NCBI GenBank assembly: GCA_036170915.1
Contig: JAVHQC010000022.1
Location: 319,420-383,419 of the forward strand
Origin: Cyanobacteria bacterium auto_48_18
Lineage (GTDB): Bacteria > Cyanobacteriota > Vampirovibrionia > Obscuribacterales > Obscuribacteraceae
DNA length: 64,000 bases
Reading direction: 5' to 3'
Position 1 is the first letter of the stretch. The number at the start of each line of letters is the position of its first letter. The notes beneath the pieces are model-generated. The model was not told where the DNA came from and searched no databases. It saw nothing but the letters and a program-made list of their open reading frames with translations. This document shows positions 1 to 7,199 of the stretch, in pieces. Made by a program: the position numbers and the translations under genes.

Positions 1-37
1 GTTTTTGTTTTTAGTCGGAAATTGAGCGATCGTTGGC

Positions 38-655
38 TTATGTGTTAAGCACGCAATAGCAATATAAGAACTGCTGCGTTGTGCCGAATGGTGTGTTGTG
101 TAGCTCTGTTGCACTTTCAACAAGTTTGAATTTTGTACCGAACTCGTTGTGCAGTGTGTCTGCATCATAGCGCATGGTTGTTAGCCCGCTGCATTTTTCC
201 GGCCCTTGAGGACCGAATGTAGCGACAATAACGTGCCCTCCTGGTTTTACAGCTTTTGCGACTTGGTGCACATATTTAATACGCTCTTCATTTGACGTTA
301 AAAAGTGAAATACAGCTCGGTCATGCCATACATCATAATGCTGAAAAGGTAGCTCGACTTGAGTTATATCGGCCGCAATCCAAGTTACTAGAGCCGCGTT
401 ATCTCCAAGACGACGTTTAGAGACATCAATGGCAGTTTCTGAAATATCCAAGATGCTGACGTTTATGCAACCATCTTTAAGCAAGTCGTCAATTAGTGTA
501 GATTCGCCGCCGCCTACGTCGATTATTGAAGCGAACCGATCAGTATTTGTCTTACGAATTAGTTCAAGCGACTTCTCTAAATGCGGTCGATACCAGCTCA
601 CTGCATCAGGTGCTTTTGTTTTATAGACGTTATCCCAATGCGTTTTTGGGTCCAT
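38..655 (-). CDS. Class I SAM-dependent methyltransferase
   Basis: Motif I IIDVGGGES, acidic LDIS, WHDRAVFHFL and KPGG post-motif. Start placed at MDPKTHW (655) to avoid overlapping the upstream ORF. Confidence 0.9.
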   Translation of the reverse strand: MDPKTHWDNVYKTKAPDAVSWYRPHLEKSLELIRKTNTDRFASIIDVGGGESTLIDDLLKDGCINVSILDISETAIDVSKRRLGDNAALVTWIAADITQVELPFQHYDVWHDRAVFHFLTSNEERIKYVHQVAKAVKPGGHVIVATFGPQGPEKCSGLTTMRYDADTLHNEFGTKFKLVESATELHNTPFGTTQQFLYCYCVLNT

Positions 656-671
656 TAATCGATGCCAGCCC

Positions 672-929
672 TTAAACTGCCGCTGCAATCTCATCCCGGC
701 GGCGCTTAACTTCCGCCAATCCCGCAGGTGTCAGGGTAGCGCTGCCGTCGCTAGACTTTTCTATCCAGCCATTAGCCAGAAGCAATTCTTCTGAGCTGTT
801 CAGCAATTTTTTCTCGTCATGAGACAGGCGATCAGAGATGGCTGGATGCACTTTGGGCAGCTGACCATTGCGGTCGTAAGCAGTATCCATCAAGCCAAAG
901 GCAAAGCCTTCTAAAGTAACGCCTCTCAT
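672..929 (-). CDS. Small hypothetical protein, possibly winged-helix-like
   Basis: 85-aa ORF with a GGAG RBS upstream. The C-terminal GWIE..G..LTPAG resembles a wHTH wing. Confidence 0.55.
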   Translation of the reverse strand: MRGVTLEGFAFGLMDTAYDRNGQLPKVHPAISDRLSHDEKKLLNSSEELLLANGWIEKSSDGSATLTPAGLAEVKRRRDEIAAAV

Positions 930-1149
930 ATCGTGTCTCCCATGTCTGTTATCTAAAGGCTGTCTAAGCCAGGGTTTATGCCGGGGGGGGTATGGCGAAA
1001 GCAGATGTTGACAAGCTTTCGATATAAATATATATCCTGAGCCCTCAAATAGATATTTTTTCGTTTTAATGCAAATTGCATCTGACCAGCGGCGAACACA
1101 AGCTCGGCACCGAATGTAGTATCAGCTTAATGAGCCGTCTCGCCAATTA

Positions 1150-1404
1150 CTACCGCAATATCCACTCGCCTTGCCGTTTTATTGCGCTATACATAGCGTC
1201 GGGTGCTAGATCTAAATCTCCTGGCCAAGCAACCGCACCGGCGTCAATATAAACCTGCTCAAAGAGGTCCTGATCTTTAAGGGCCTGAAATACGCCGGTG
1301 AAATAAGTTGGCTCAAATCGCACTGTTCCTGTGGTATCGTCCGCAAATCGCACGTACAAAGAGAGAGGCGCATCTACTTTTACTTCTACTACATCCCAGT
1401 TCAT
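1150..1404 (-). CDS. DUF2442 family protein (antitoxin-like)
   Basis: 84 aa with the V.F.D.T.G, GVF..LKD..LF.QV and VAWPGDLDLAPDAMY pattern typical of DUF2442; GAGG RBS. Confidence 0.85.
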   Translation of the reverse strand: MNWDVVEVKVDAPLSLYVRFADDTTGTVRFEPTYFTGVFQALKDQDLFEQVYIDAGAVAWPGDLDLAPDAMYSAIKRQGEWILR

Positions 1405-1434
1405 AACTTAACCTCTTAACTTGGCCAACAACCT

Positions 1435-1941
1435 TCAATCTTCAGAATCAGCTCTTTCGCCTTGAAATGGCTCCGTAGTCAGCGTTCCGTCGGCTTGTTT
1501 CTTCAAAATCTCAATTTTGGCTTCGGCGCCTTTGATGAACTGTTCGCATTCAACAGAAAGTTTGATGCCCTGCTCAAAAAGCTGTAACGCTTTTTCTAGC
1601 TTTACTTCGCCATCTAACTCTCGCACTACACTTTCAAGCTCGGCCAGAGATGCTTCAAAATCGATTTTTAGTTCAGGTTCGGTGATGTTCATGATTTTTG
1701 TTCTCCGGGAATCGTTTTCTGGCACTCTGGAAATAACAGCGGTAATTTCTTCTTTGATTTCAATCATCACCGCCTGGGCCGGCGCGGTTGCGGTTGTTTT
1801 TTCTGACACAGCAGTTTTCTCGGGCTTACTTTTGCTTCTAGTTTTTTTGATCGATTCAGTGGCTTCGGCCACGTCGATGAGCTTGCCTTCAAAAAATGAA
1901 AGTTGCTGAGTTTCGCTTACTTCGTCATCTTCGCCGCTCAT
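1435..1941 (-). CDS. xseB: Exodeoxyribonuclease VII small subunit with long N-terminal extension
   Basis: C-terminal FEASLAELESVVRELD..LEKALQLFEQGIKL..CEQFI..AEAKIEIL. Start overlaps the xseA stop. Confidence 0.9.
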   Translation of the reverse strand: MSGEDDEVSETQQLSFFEGKLIDVAEATESIKKTRSKSKPEKTAVSEKTTATAPAQAVMIEIKEEITAVISRVPENDSRRTKIMNITEPELKIDFEASLAELESVVRELDGEVKLEKALQLFEQGIKLSVECEQFIKGAEAKIEILKKQADGTLTTEPFQGERADSED

Positions 1942-3158
1942 TTTTCAATAGACTCCACTGTGAGTGTGATTTTTCCCGAGCGTAACAATGCTTGGACTCT
2001 GTCACCGACTGTGAGATTTTCTGCGCGGGTGACAATTTTTCCGTCCAGTGTACGCAGCACCGAAAAGCCTCTGGCCATCACATTGTCAGGCCCTAGTGCA
2101 TAGAGCTTTTCTTTTAGTTCTTTGACTTTATAATTGTTGGCGGCGAGCAATCTTTCTATGCAGTTAGTGATGTGTTGTCTTCGTCTAGACACATTTACTG
2201 ATGCCAGCTCGAGCCGATCTTGATAGCGATTTAAAGCATTGATGGGCGAATAACGCACCAGGTCGCGACGTGCGTGATGCATGCGCTCTTCAACGGTCTG
2301 AATCAAGCGGCGGTTGAGAAAGCCAAATTTATCCAACAATTCGGCACTACCGCGTGCCACCAGTTCGGCTGCGGCGGTTGGTGTAGGTGCGCGCAGGTCA
2401 GCTACGAGATCGCAGATGGTCGTGTCAGTTTCGTGGCCCACTCCTGAGATAATAGGAATTGTGCATTCGGCCACCGCACGTGCCACCACTTCGGTATTGA
2501 ATGACCAGAGGTCTTCTATTGATCCACCGCCACGGGCCACAATAATCACTTCAATATCACTGATGGTTTGCAGGTGACGAATTGCTTGTGCCACTTCTTC
2601 AGCAGAGCCCTCGCCTTGCACTTTTGCCGGCGCAATTACTACCGAGACATTGCGGTTGCGGCGTGACAGGGCGCTGAGAATGTCTCTTAGAGCGGCTCCG
2701 GCTGAACTTGTGACTACACCGACTCGCCGGGGCACCATGGGTATAACTTTTTTGCGGGCTGGGTCGAGCAGACCTTCTGCTTCTAGCTTTGCCTTGAGCT
2801 GGTCAAAAGCTAATTGCCACTCGCCTACGCCAACAGGCTCAATGGCAGTAACAATCATCTGGTAGGCGCCGCGTGGCGGATAGACGCTCAATTTGCCGCG
2901 GGCTACTACCTGTAAGCCATCTTCGATTTTAAAGCGTAGATTGGCGTTCGAGGTTTTGAAACAAACACAAGGCAAAGTAGCTTCTTGATCTTTGAGTGAA
3001 AAATACCAGTGGCCGGAAGGATAAATTTTGGCGTTAGAAACTTCTCCTACAACCGAAACCGAGTCGAACTGCCCTTCGAGGGTGTCGCGAATGCGGTTGG
3101 TCAGTTGCGATACGGTCAGTACCGGGTTTAGCGGGTGTGTTTCTTTAAGGCTATACAT
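1938..3158 (-). CDS. xseA: Exodeoxyribonuclease VII large subunit
   Basis: OB-fold SGHWYFSLKD, ARGGGSIEDLWSFN, SGVGHETD and APTPTAAAE motifs. Confidence 0.97.
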   Translation of the reverse strand: MYSLKETHPLNPVLTVSQLTNRIRDTLEGQFDSVSVVGEVSNAKIYPSGHWYFSLKDQEATLPCVCFKTSNANLRFKIEDGLQVVARGKLSVYPPRGAYQMIVTAIEPVGVGEWQLAFDQLKAKLEAEGLLDPARKKVIPMVPRRVGVVTSSAGAALRDILSALSRRNRNVSVVIAPAKVQGEGSAEEVAQAIRHLQTISDIEVIIVARGGGSIEDLWSFNTEVVARAVAECTIPIISGVGHETDTTICDLVADLRAPTPTAAAELVARGSAELLDKFGFLNRRLIQTVEERMHHARRDLVRYSPINALNRYQDRLELASVNVSRRRQHITNCIERLLAANNYKVKELKEKLYALGPDNVMARGFSVLRTLDGKIVTRAENLTVGDRVQALLRSGKITLTVESIEK

Positions 3159-3398
3159 AGAATGATTGCTTCAGAGTGGAGTGGCAGGGCTGGTCAAAAA
3201 TTTTCGGTGAGGGCGCTTAATTAGTACAACGGAATTTTGCTTCTCAAAGTTCAAAGTTTCGAGAAAATATTTGCCATTTTCACCAAATTTTATGAAGGTT
3301 CGCACGATTTATTGTCAAGGTCGATTGGTGCGAGTTTGCATCCATTGTATGGCTTTTTTATACGCAGTTTCCTGCCTCAATTTACGCTGGTGTATATT

Positions 3399-3509
3399 CG
3401 ATCGCGGTAGTGCGCGATCGGCTGAAAGCCTGATGTCAAGCCAGTTTCAGCCACCGCAAGTAGGGAACTATATAAGTACGGAGCTGTCTTAACAAGAAGC
3501 AGCTTTTTT
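3399..3509 (+). ncRNA. Candidate structured small RNA or attenuator ending in an intrinsic terminator
   Basis: Adjacent stems CGATCGCG/CGCGATCG (3399-3420) and GCTGAAA/TTTCAGC (3421-3451), TAG-GGAA-CTA mini hairpin (3461-3470), then AGCTG-TCTT/AAGA-CAGCT plus T run (3482-3509). No family recognised. Confidence 0.35.
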
Positions 3510-3553
3510 AGAAAACAAAACAAACATCTGTTTAAACAGGCCTCGAATTTCAT

Positions 3554-3595
3554 TTGACGGCCCTGGTTGTCATACAATACACTGGTATGACATAC
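3554..3595 (+). promoter_or_regulatory. Sigma70-like promoter overlapped by an inverted-repeat operator
   Basis: TTGACG(3554-3559)-N18-TACACT(3578-3583). Perfect TGTCATAC-N9-GTATGACA inverted repeat (3568-3592) brackets the -10. Confidence 0.5.
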
Positions 3596-3628
3596 AAAAA
3601 TATGGTACTGCCAAGAGGGGGTCAAGTT

Positions 3629-4420
3629 ATGGATCGCACACTTTTCACGCCAGCGATGTTAGAGACATTTCGTGCTTGCAAGCGCGCATATCAACTAGCT
3701 TTCCAAAATGAGGGCGGAAGTGGGCGCGTCAGTCCCAGTGCCACTTGCAAACGCTTTGTTTTGCGCGGTCTGGCTGATGTTAATCGCGGTCGTTTGACCA
3801 ACCCCAGCCAGGTGCAAAAGTTTATGGGCCAGCACTGGCCACTCGAGCAACTGCACGATCAACCGGGCGGCAAAGACTCGGCTACCAGAGCTTTTCTTTA
3901 TGCTTACAAAACCCTGTTGCGCTATCTGGGCAGTCCTTATAGACCTGCTGGTGCAGAGGTCGTGGCAGTGGCTACCAAGGTACGGGCCCGGGTTCCTGGT
4001 CAGCGGCTTTATTTAGAAGATGTGTTCGACTTGATTCTCTGGTATCCCGAAGAAAAAAGACTCGAGCTGGTTATTTTCCATCTCAAGACCTTGCGCAAAA
4101 ACGACCCGTCGTGGCCTGCCCCTGCCACTCTTGTCAGGCAGCACCTGGCAGAGAGGCTCAAGGTGCGCTGGCCTTATGAAAAATTGACTTTGACCATGGT
4201 TAAGGTCGGGCCCACAGAATCCAAAGAGCTGTCCATCGAACTAGAAGAGAGCCTTTATCGCATTCACTGGCCTGAGATCGTCAAGAACTTAGAAGAAATG
4301 AAGGACCTTGCCCATATTGAAGGGCACGGCGAAGAACCATGTGTTTACTGCAAAGCTATCGAAAGCAAGATGGTTAGTGAACAAAATCATGAGACAGATC
4401 CAGTCACGCTCACTGCTTGA
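3629..4420 (+). CDS. PD-(D/E)XK nuclease-fold (AddB/RecB/Cas4-like) protein, probably catalytically degenerate
   Basis: N-terminal TPAMLETFRACKRAY resembles S.S.L..Y..CP; FDLIL motif II; C-terminal CVYC. RBS GAGGGGG precedes ATG 3629. Confidence 0.65.
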   Translation: MDRTLFTPAMLETFRACKRAYQLAFQNEGGSGRVSPSATCKRFVLRGLADVNRGRLTNPSQVQKFMGQHWPLEQLHDQPGGKDSATRAFLYAYKTLLRYLGSPYRPAGAEVVAVATKVRARVPGQRLYLEDVFDLILWYPEEKRLELVIFHLKTLRKNDPSWPAPATLVRQHLAERLKVRWPYEKLTLTMVKVGPTESKELSIELEESLYRIHWPEIVKNLEEMKDLAHIEGHGEEPCVYCKAIESKMVSEQNHETDPVTLTA

Positions 4421-4491
4421 AAACCGTTTTTAGATATAATCTCCTACTGTAAGTCGCTCGTAATGAGCGCCTGATTGCTATGGAGAGAAAA

Positions 4492-4941
4492 ATGGACAAG
4501 AAGAAAGTACTGGAAGCTCTGAACCTGGACCTGGAGCACGAGATGTCAGCGATGATTCGCTATCTGCATCACTCCTTTATCGTCACAGGACCATTGCGCG
4601 GTTCTCTGGCTACTTTGTTTCGCACTCAAGCCACTGATTCCATGCAGCACGCCATTAAGCTTGGCGAAAAGATTGTTGCCCTGAGTGGTCATCCATCCGT
4701 AAAAATTCAAGAAATTTATGAGCCAGGCGAGCAGACTATTGAAGAAATGCTGCAAGAGAACGTCAATGCTGAGAAATTCCACCTCGACTTGTATGAATCG
4801 CAATTGAATGAACTGTTGAAAGACAATACGCCTTTGCGTTTGATGTTTGAGCAGATGATTGTTGAAGAAGCACAGCATTTGGAAGAGTTGGAAATGTATT
4901 TGCGACACAATACACCAGCTAAAACCACAGCCAAAGTTTAG
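4492..4941 (+). CDS. Bacterioferritin/ferritin-like four-helix protein
   Basis: LN.DLEHE..A..RY..H, SMQHA..LGEKI..L.G.P, AE...Y and EE.QH diiron-type pattern. GGAG RBS precedes 4492. Confidence 0.88.
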   Translation: MDKKKVLEALNLDLEHEMSAMIRYLHHSFIVTGPLRGSLATLFRTQATDSMQHAIKLGEKIVALSGHPSVKIQEIYEPGEQTIEEMLQENVNAEKFHLDLYESQLNELLKDNTPLRLMFEQMIVEEAQHLEELEMYLRHNTPAKTTAKV

Positions 4942-4971
4942 GCTCAGTCAGTTTATCGATATGAAGTTGGG

Positions 4972-5007
4972 ATGGGCGATTCAGCATTTGGATCGCTCAT
5001 TTCTGTT
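4972..5007 (+). terminator. Hairpin, possible intrinsic terminator after the ferritin-like gene
   Basis: ATGGGCGATTC-loop-GGATCGCTCAT followed by TTCTGTT. Confidence 0.45.
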
Positions 5008-5021
5008 AACGAAGGAGCGCC

Positions 5022-6293
5022 GTGGCAGCTGATCTAATCATCAAATCAATAGGCGAACTCGCCACAGTGGCATCCACAAGTGGTGTGGTCAAAGGTGATG
5101 CCATGCAAAATGTACTGCGTATCAAGAATGCCTGCATCGCTATTTCTGGCGAGAAAATTGTTGAAGTAGGAACCGAAGCAGATTTGCTGCCTAAATATGC
5201 GTCGAGTAGCTGTACCGTTATTGACGCCCAGGGCAAGCTTGTCACCGCTGGTCTCGTTGATGCCCATACTCACCTTGTTTTTGATGGCAACCGGGCCAAT
5301 GAATTTCTGATGCGCTGTCAGGGCAAAACCTACAGTGAAATAGCCGAAGCTGGTGGTGGCATTGTCGCCAGCATGCGTGCCACACGCGGCTCGACTGTAG
5401 AACGTCTGGTGCAATTGGGCCAAATGCGTTTGCAGCGGATGCTTGAAGCTGGTACCACCACCTGTGAGGTCAAAACCGGTTATGGTTTAGACATCGATAG
5501 CGAGCTACGTATGCTCGAGGCGATATTAGAATTGCAGAAGCGTTCAGCAATGGATATTGTGCCGACATTCATGCCGGCACACGCCGTTCCCCCTGGTGAA
5601 AATCGCGAGCAATATGTCAAGCACTTGATTGACGATATGTTGCCTGAAGCATCACGTGTGGTGACTGCTAGCTCTTCAAAAACTCATGTATACGTAGACG
5701 TGTTTTGCGATCGCGGTTATTTTACGCTGGCGGACACAGAGCAGATTTTTGCTGCGGCTAAAAAGTATGGTTTTCGCTTGAAGGTTCATGCTGACGAATT
5801 TGTCAATCTTGGTGCCAGCAAACTCGCAACCACCGCTGGTGCTGATAGCGCTGATCATTTACTCAATATCTCTGATGACGAAATTGCGCTAATGGCAAAA
5901 TCAGAAACCGTGGCGGTCTTACTGCCTGGTACATCGTTCTATCTTAACTTGCACGAGCATGCGCGAGCTCGCACTATGATCGCTAATGGTGTTGCGGTGG
6001 CACTTGGTTCAGACTTTAATCCTGGTTCCTGCCATATATTTTCTCTGCCTCTTATTTGGGGCCTCGCTTGTTTGCATTTGAAATTGACGGTGGAAGAGGC
6101 GCTCACTGCGCTAACGGTCAATGCTGCCTATGCCATTGGTATGGGTGAAAAAGTAGGACGTTTATCTGCCGGCTATCAGGCTGACATCACTATGTATGAT
6201 GTTGGTACTCTTGAAGAGGTGCCATACAATCTCGGCTGGAATTCAGTAGCTCAGGTGATCAAGAAAGGCCGTAGCGTGTTCAAGCGCAGCTGA
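5022..6293 (+). CDS. hutI: Imidazolonepropionase
   Basis: GLVDAHTHLVF.G.R..EF, EVKTGYGL, DVFCD.GYF, HADE, SADHL, LLPGT and GSDFNPGS motifs; GTG start with AAGGAG RBS. Confidence 0.95.
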   Translation: MAADLIIKSIGELATVASTSGVVKGDAMQNVLRIKNACIAISGEKIVEVGTEADLLPKYASSSCTVIDAQGKLVTAGLVDAHTHLVFDGNRANEFLMRCQGKTYSEIAEAGGGIVASMRATRGSTVERLVQLGQMRLQRMLEAGTTTCEVKTGYGLDIDSELRMLEAILELQKRSAMDIVPTFMPAHAVPPGENREQYVKHLIDDMLPEASRVVTASSSKTHVYVDVFCDRGYFTLADTEQIFAAAKKYGFRLKVHADEFVNLGASKLATTAGADSADHLLNISDDEIALMAKSETVAVLLPGTSFYLNLHEHARARTMIANGVAVALGSDFNPGSCHIFSLPLIWGLACLHLKLTVEEALTALTVNAAYAIGMGEKVGRLSAGYQADITMYDVGTLEEVPYNLGWNSVAQVIKKGRSVFKRS

Positions 6294-6351
6294 AGAATAA
6301 GCCTTGAATGCTGATATATGTCTTTTTGAATCCTTTTAGATCTCGGCTCGC

Positions 6352-6467
6352 GTGCTATTAGATCTCGAACAATAGTGGTGCTCTAGTGGTATCAGACCGC
6401 CAGTGGTGACCATACCGGGGGTGGTATCAGATCATGGTCGAGTCTGTTCACCTTGGGTGGTATCAAA
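6352..6467. repeat. Regularly spaced direct motif GTGGTATCAGA-like, four copies at 34-36 bp intervals
   Basis: GTGCTATTAGATC at 6352, GTGGTATCAGACC at 6386, GTGGTATCAGATC at 6421, GTGGTATCAAAAA at 6457. Confidence 0.6.
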
Positions 6468-6644
6468 AATTGCTCATAAAATCTTACGTTTTACTATTGC
6501 CTTATTAAAGGCTTTCGTTATAATTCTAATCGGTGCCACCACTAATGGCGGCGTTCACTTTATAAACTGTGTCTCTCACGAGAGCAATCCGCACTACTGC
6601 TGGTGCTCTGGCTTGGCGACTTCTATTGAGGAGGATTTTAACTA

Positions 6645-7064
6645 ATGGCAGAGGCTAAGCGAGTACCTGAGGAGCGGCCGGAATCCAATCTTGGGCTCGG
6701 ACTTGACGGTTTTGAGCAGTTTTTCACTGTAAATACTGACGAAACTGGAGTCAGTGGTACCCTTTCCGAAGATCCTTACATGCAAGGTCAGGTCGAAAAA
6801 TTGCTCGACCGCTTTACTGAGCTTATGTCTTTGAGCGTTGACCAGAGAGTCGAAACCAGTAAAACCGCCAGCCAGTTGATAGATAACCAGCGCCAGCTGG
6901 TGGCAACCCAACAAATCTTGATCAAATTGATGGAGCGTTCCATCGAGCTGACACGCCATATCACAAGTATTGAAGAAAAGCTTCCTGGCTTGTACGAACT
7001 TCCTCGTGTTGTCGAAAGCTTGCGTCAGCGTGTGGCTGAGCTTGAAGGTGTAGAAACCCGATAA
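6645..7064 (+). CDS. Hypothetical coiled-coil protein
   Basis: 139 aa; strong GAGGAGG RBS; heptad-rich C-terminal half (LRQRVAELEG). Confidence 0.8.
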   Translation: MAEAKRVPEERPESNLGLGLDGFEQFFTVNTDETGVSGTLSEDPYMQGQVEKLLDRFTELMSLSVDQRVETSKTASQLIDNQRQLVATQQILIKLMERSIELTRHITSIEEKLPGLYELPRVVESLRQRVAELEGVETR

Positions 7065-7199
7065 GGTCAAACACCTCTCTCTAAAGCATCATCGCCGGGC
7101 CCCCGTAGACTAAAATTTAGTCATGCTGGGGCTTTGTGGTGTTTTCACCATTTACTTTCGGTCATCACTATATACAATCTAGTTATGAGCGGAGTATTT

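Noticed and set aside
1..1434. Integron cassette array for the three small minus-strand genes
   Set aside because: No attC-like RYYYAAC...GTTRRRY paired sites or integrase seen.
3425..3470. Cobalamin riboswitch-like words (AAGCCAG, GCCACCG, GGGAA)
   Set aside because: They are in the wrong order and the core B12-box architecture is missing.
3629..4420. Calling the PD-(D/E)XK protein a functional Cas4
   Set aside because: No cas1/cas2 or array nearby, and the catalytic and Fe-S motifs are incomplete.
6352..6467. CRISPR array interpretation of the periodic motif
   Set aside because: The conserved unit is only 9-13 bp, there are four imperfect copies, and no cas genes are present. Kept only as an unexplained array.
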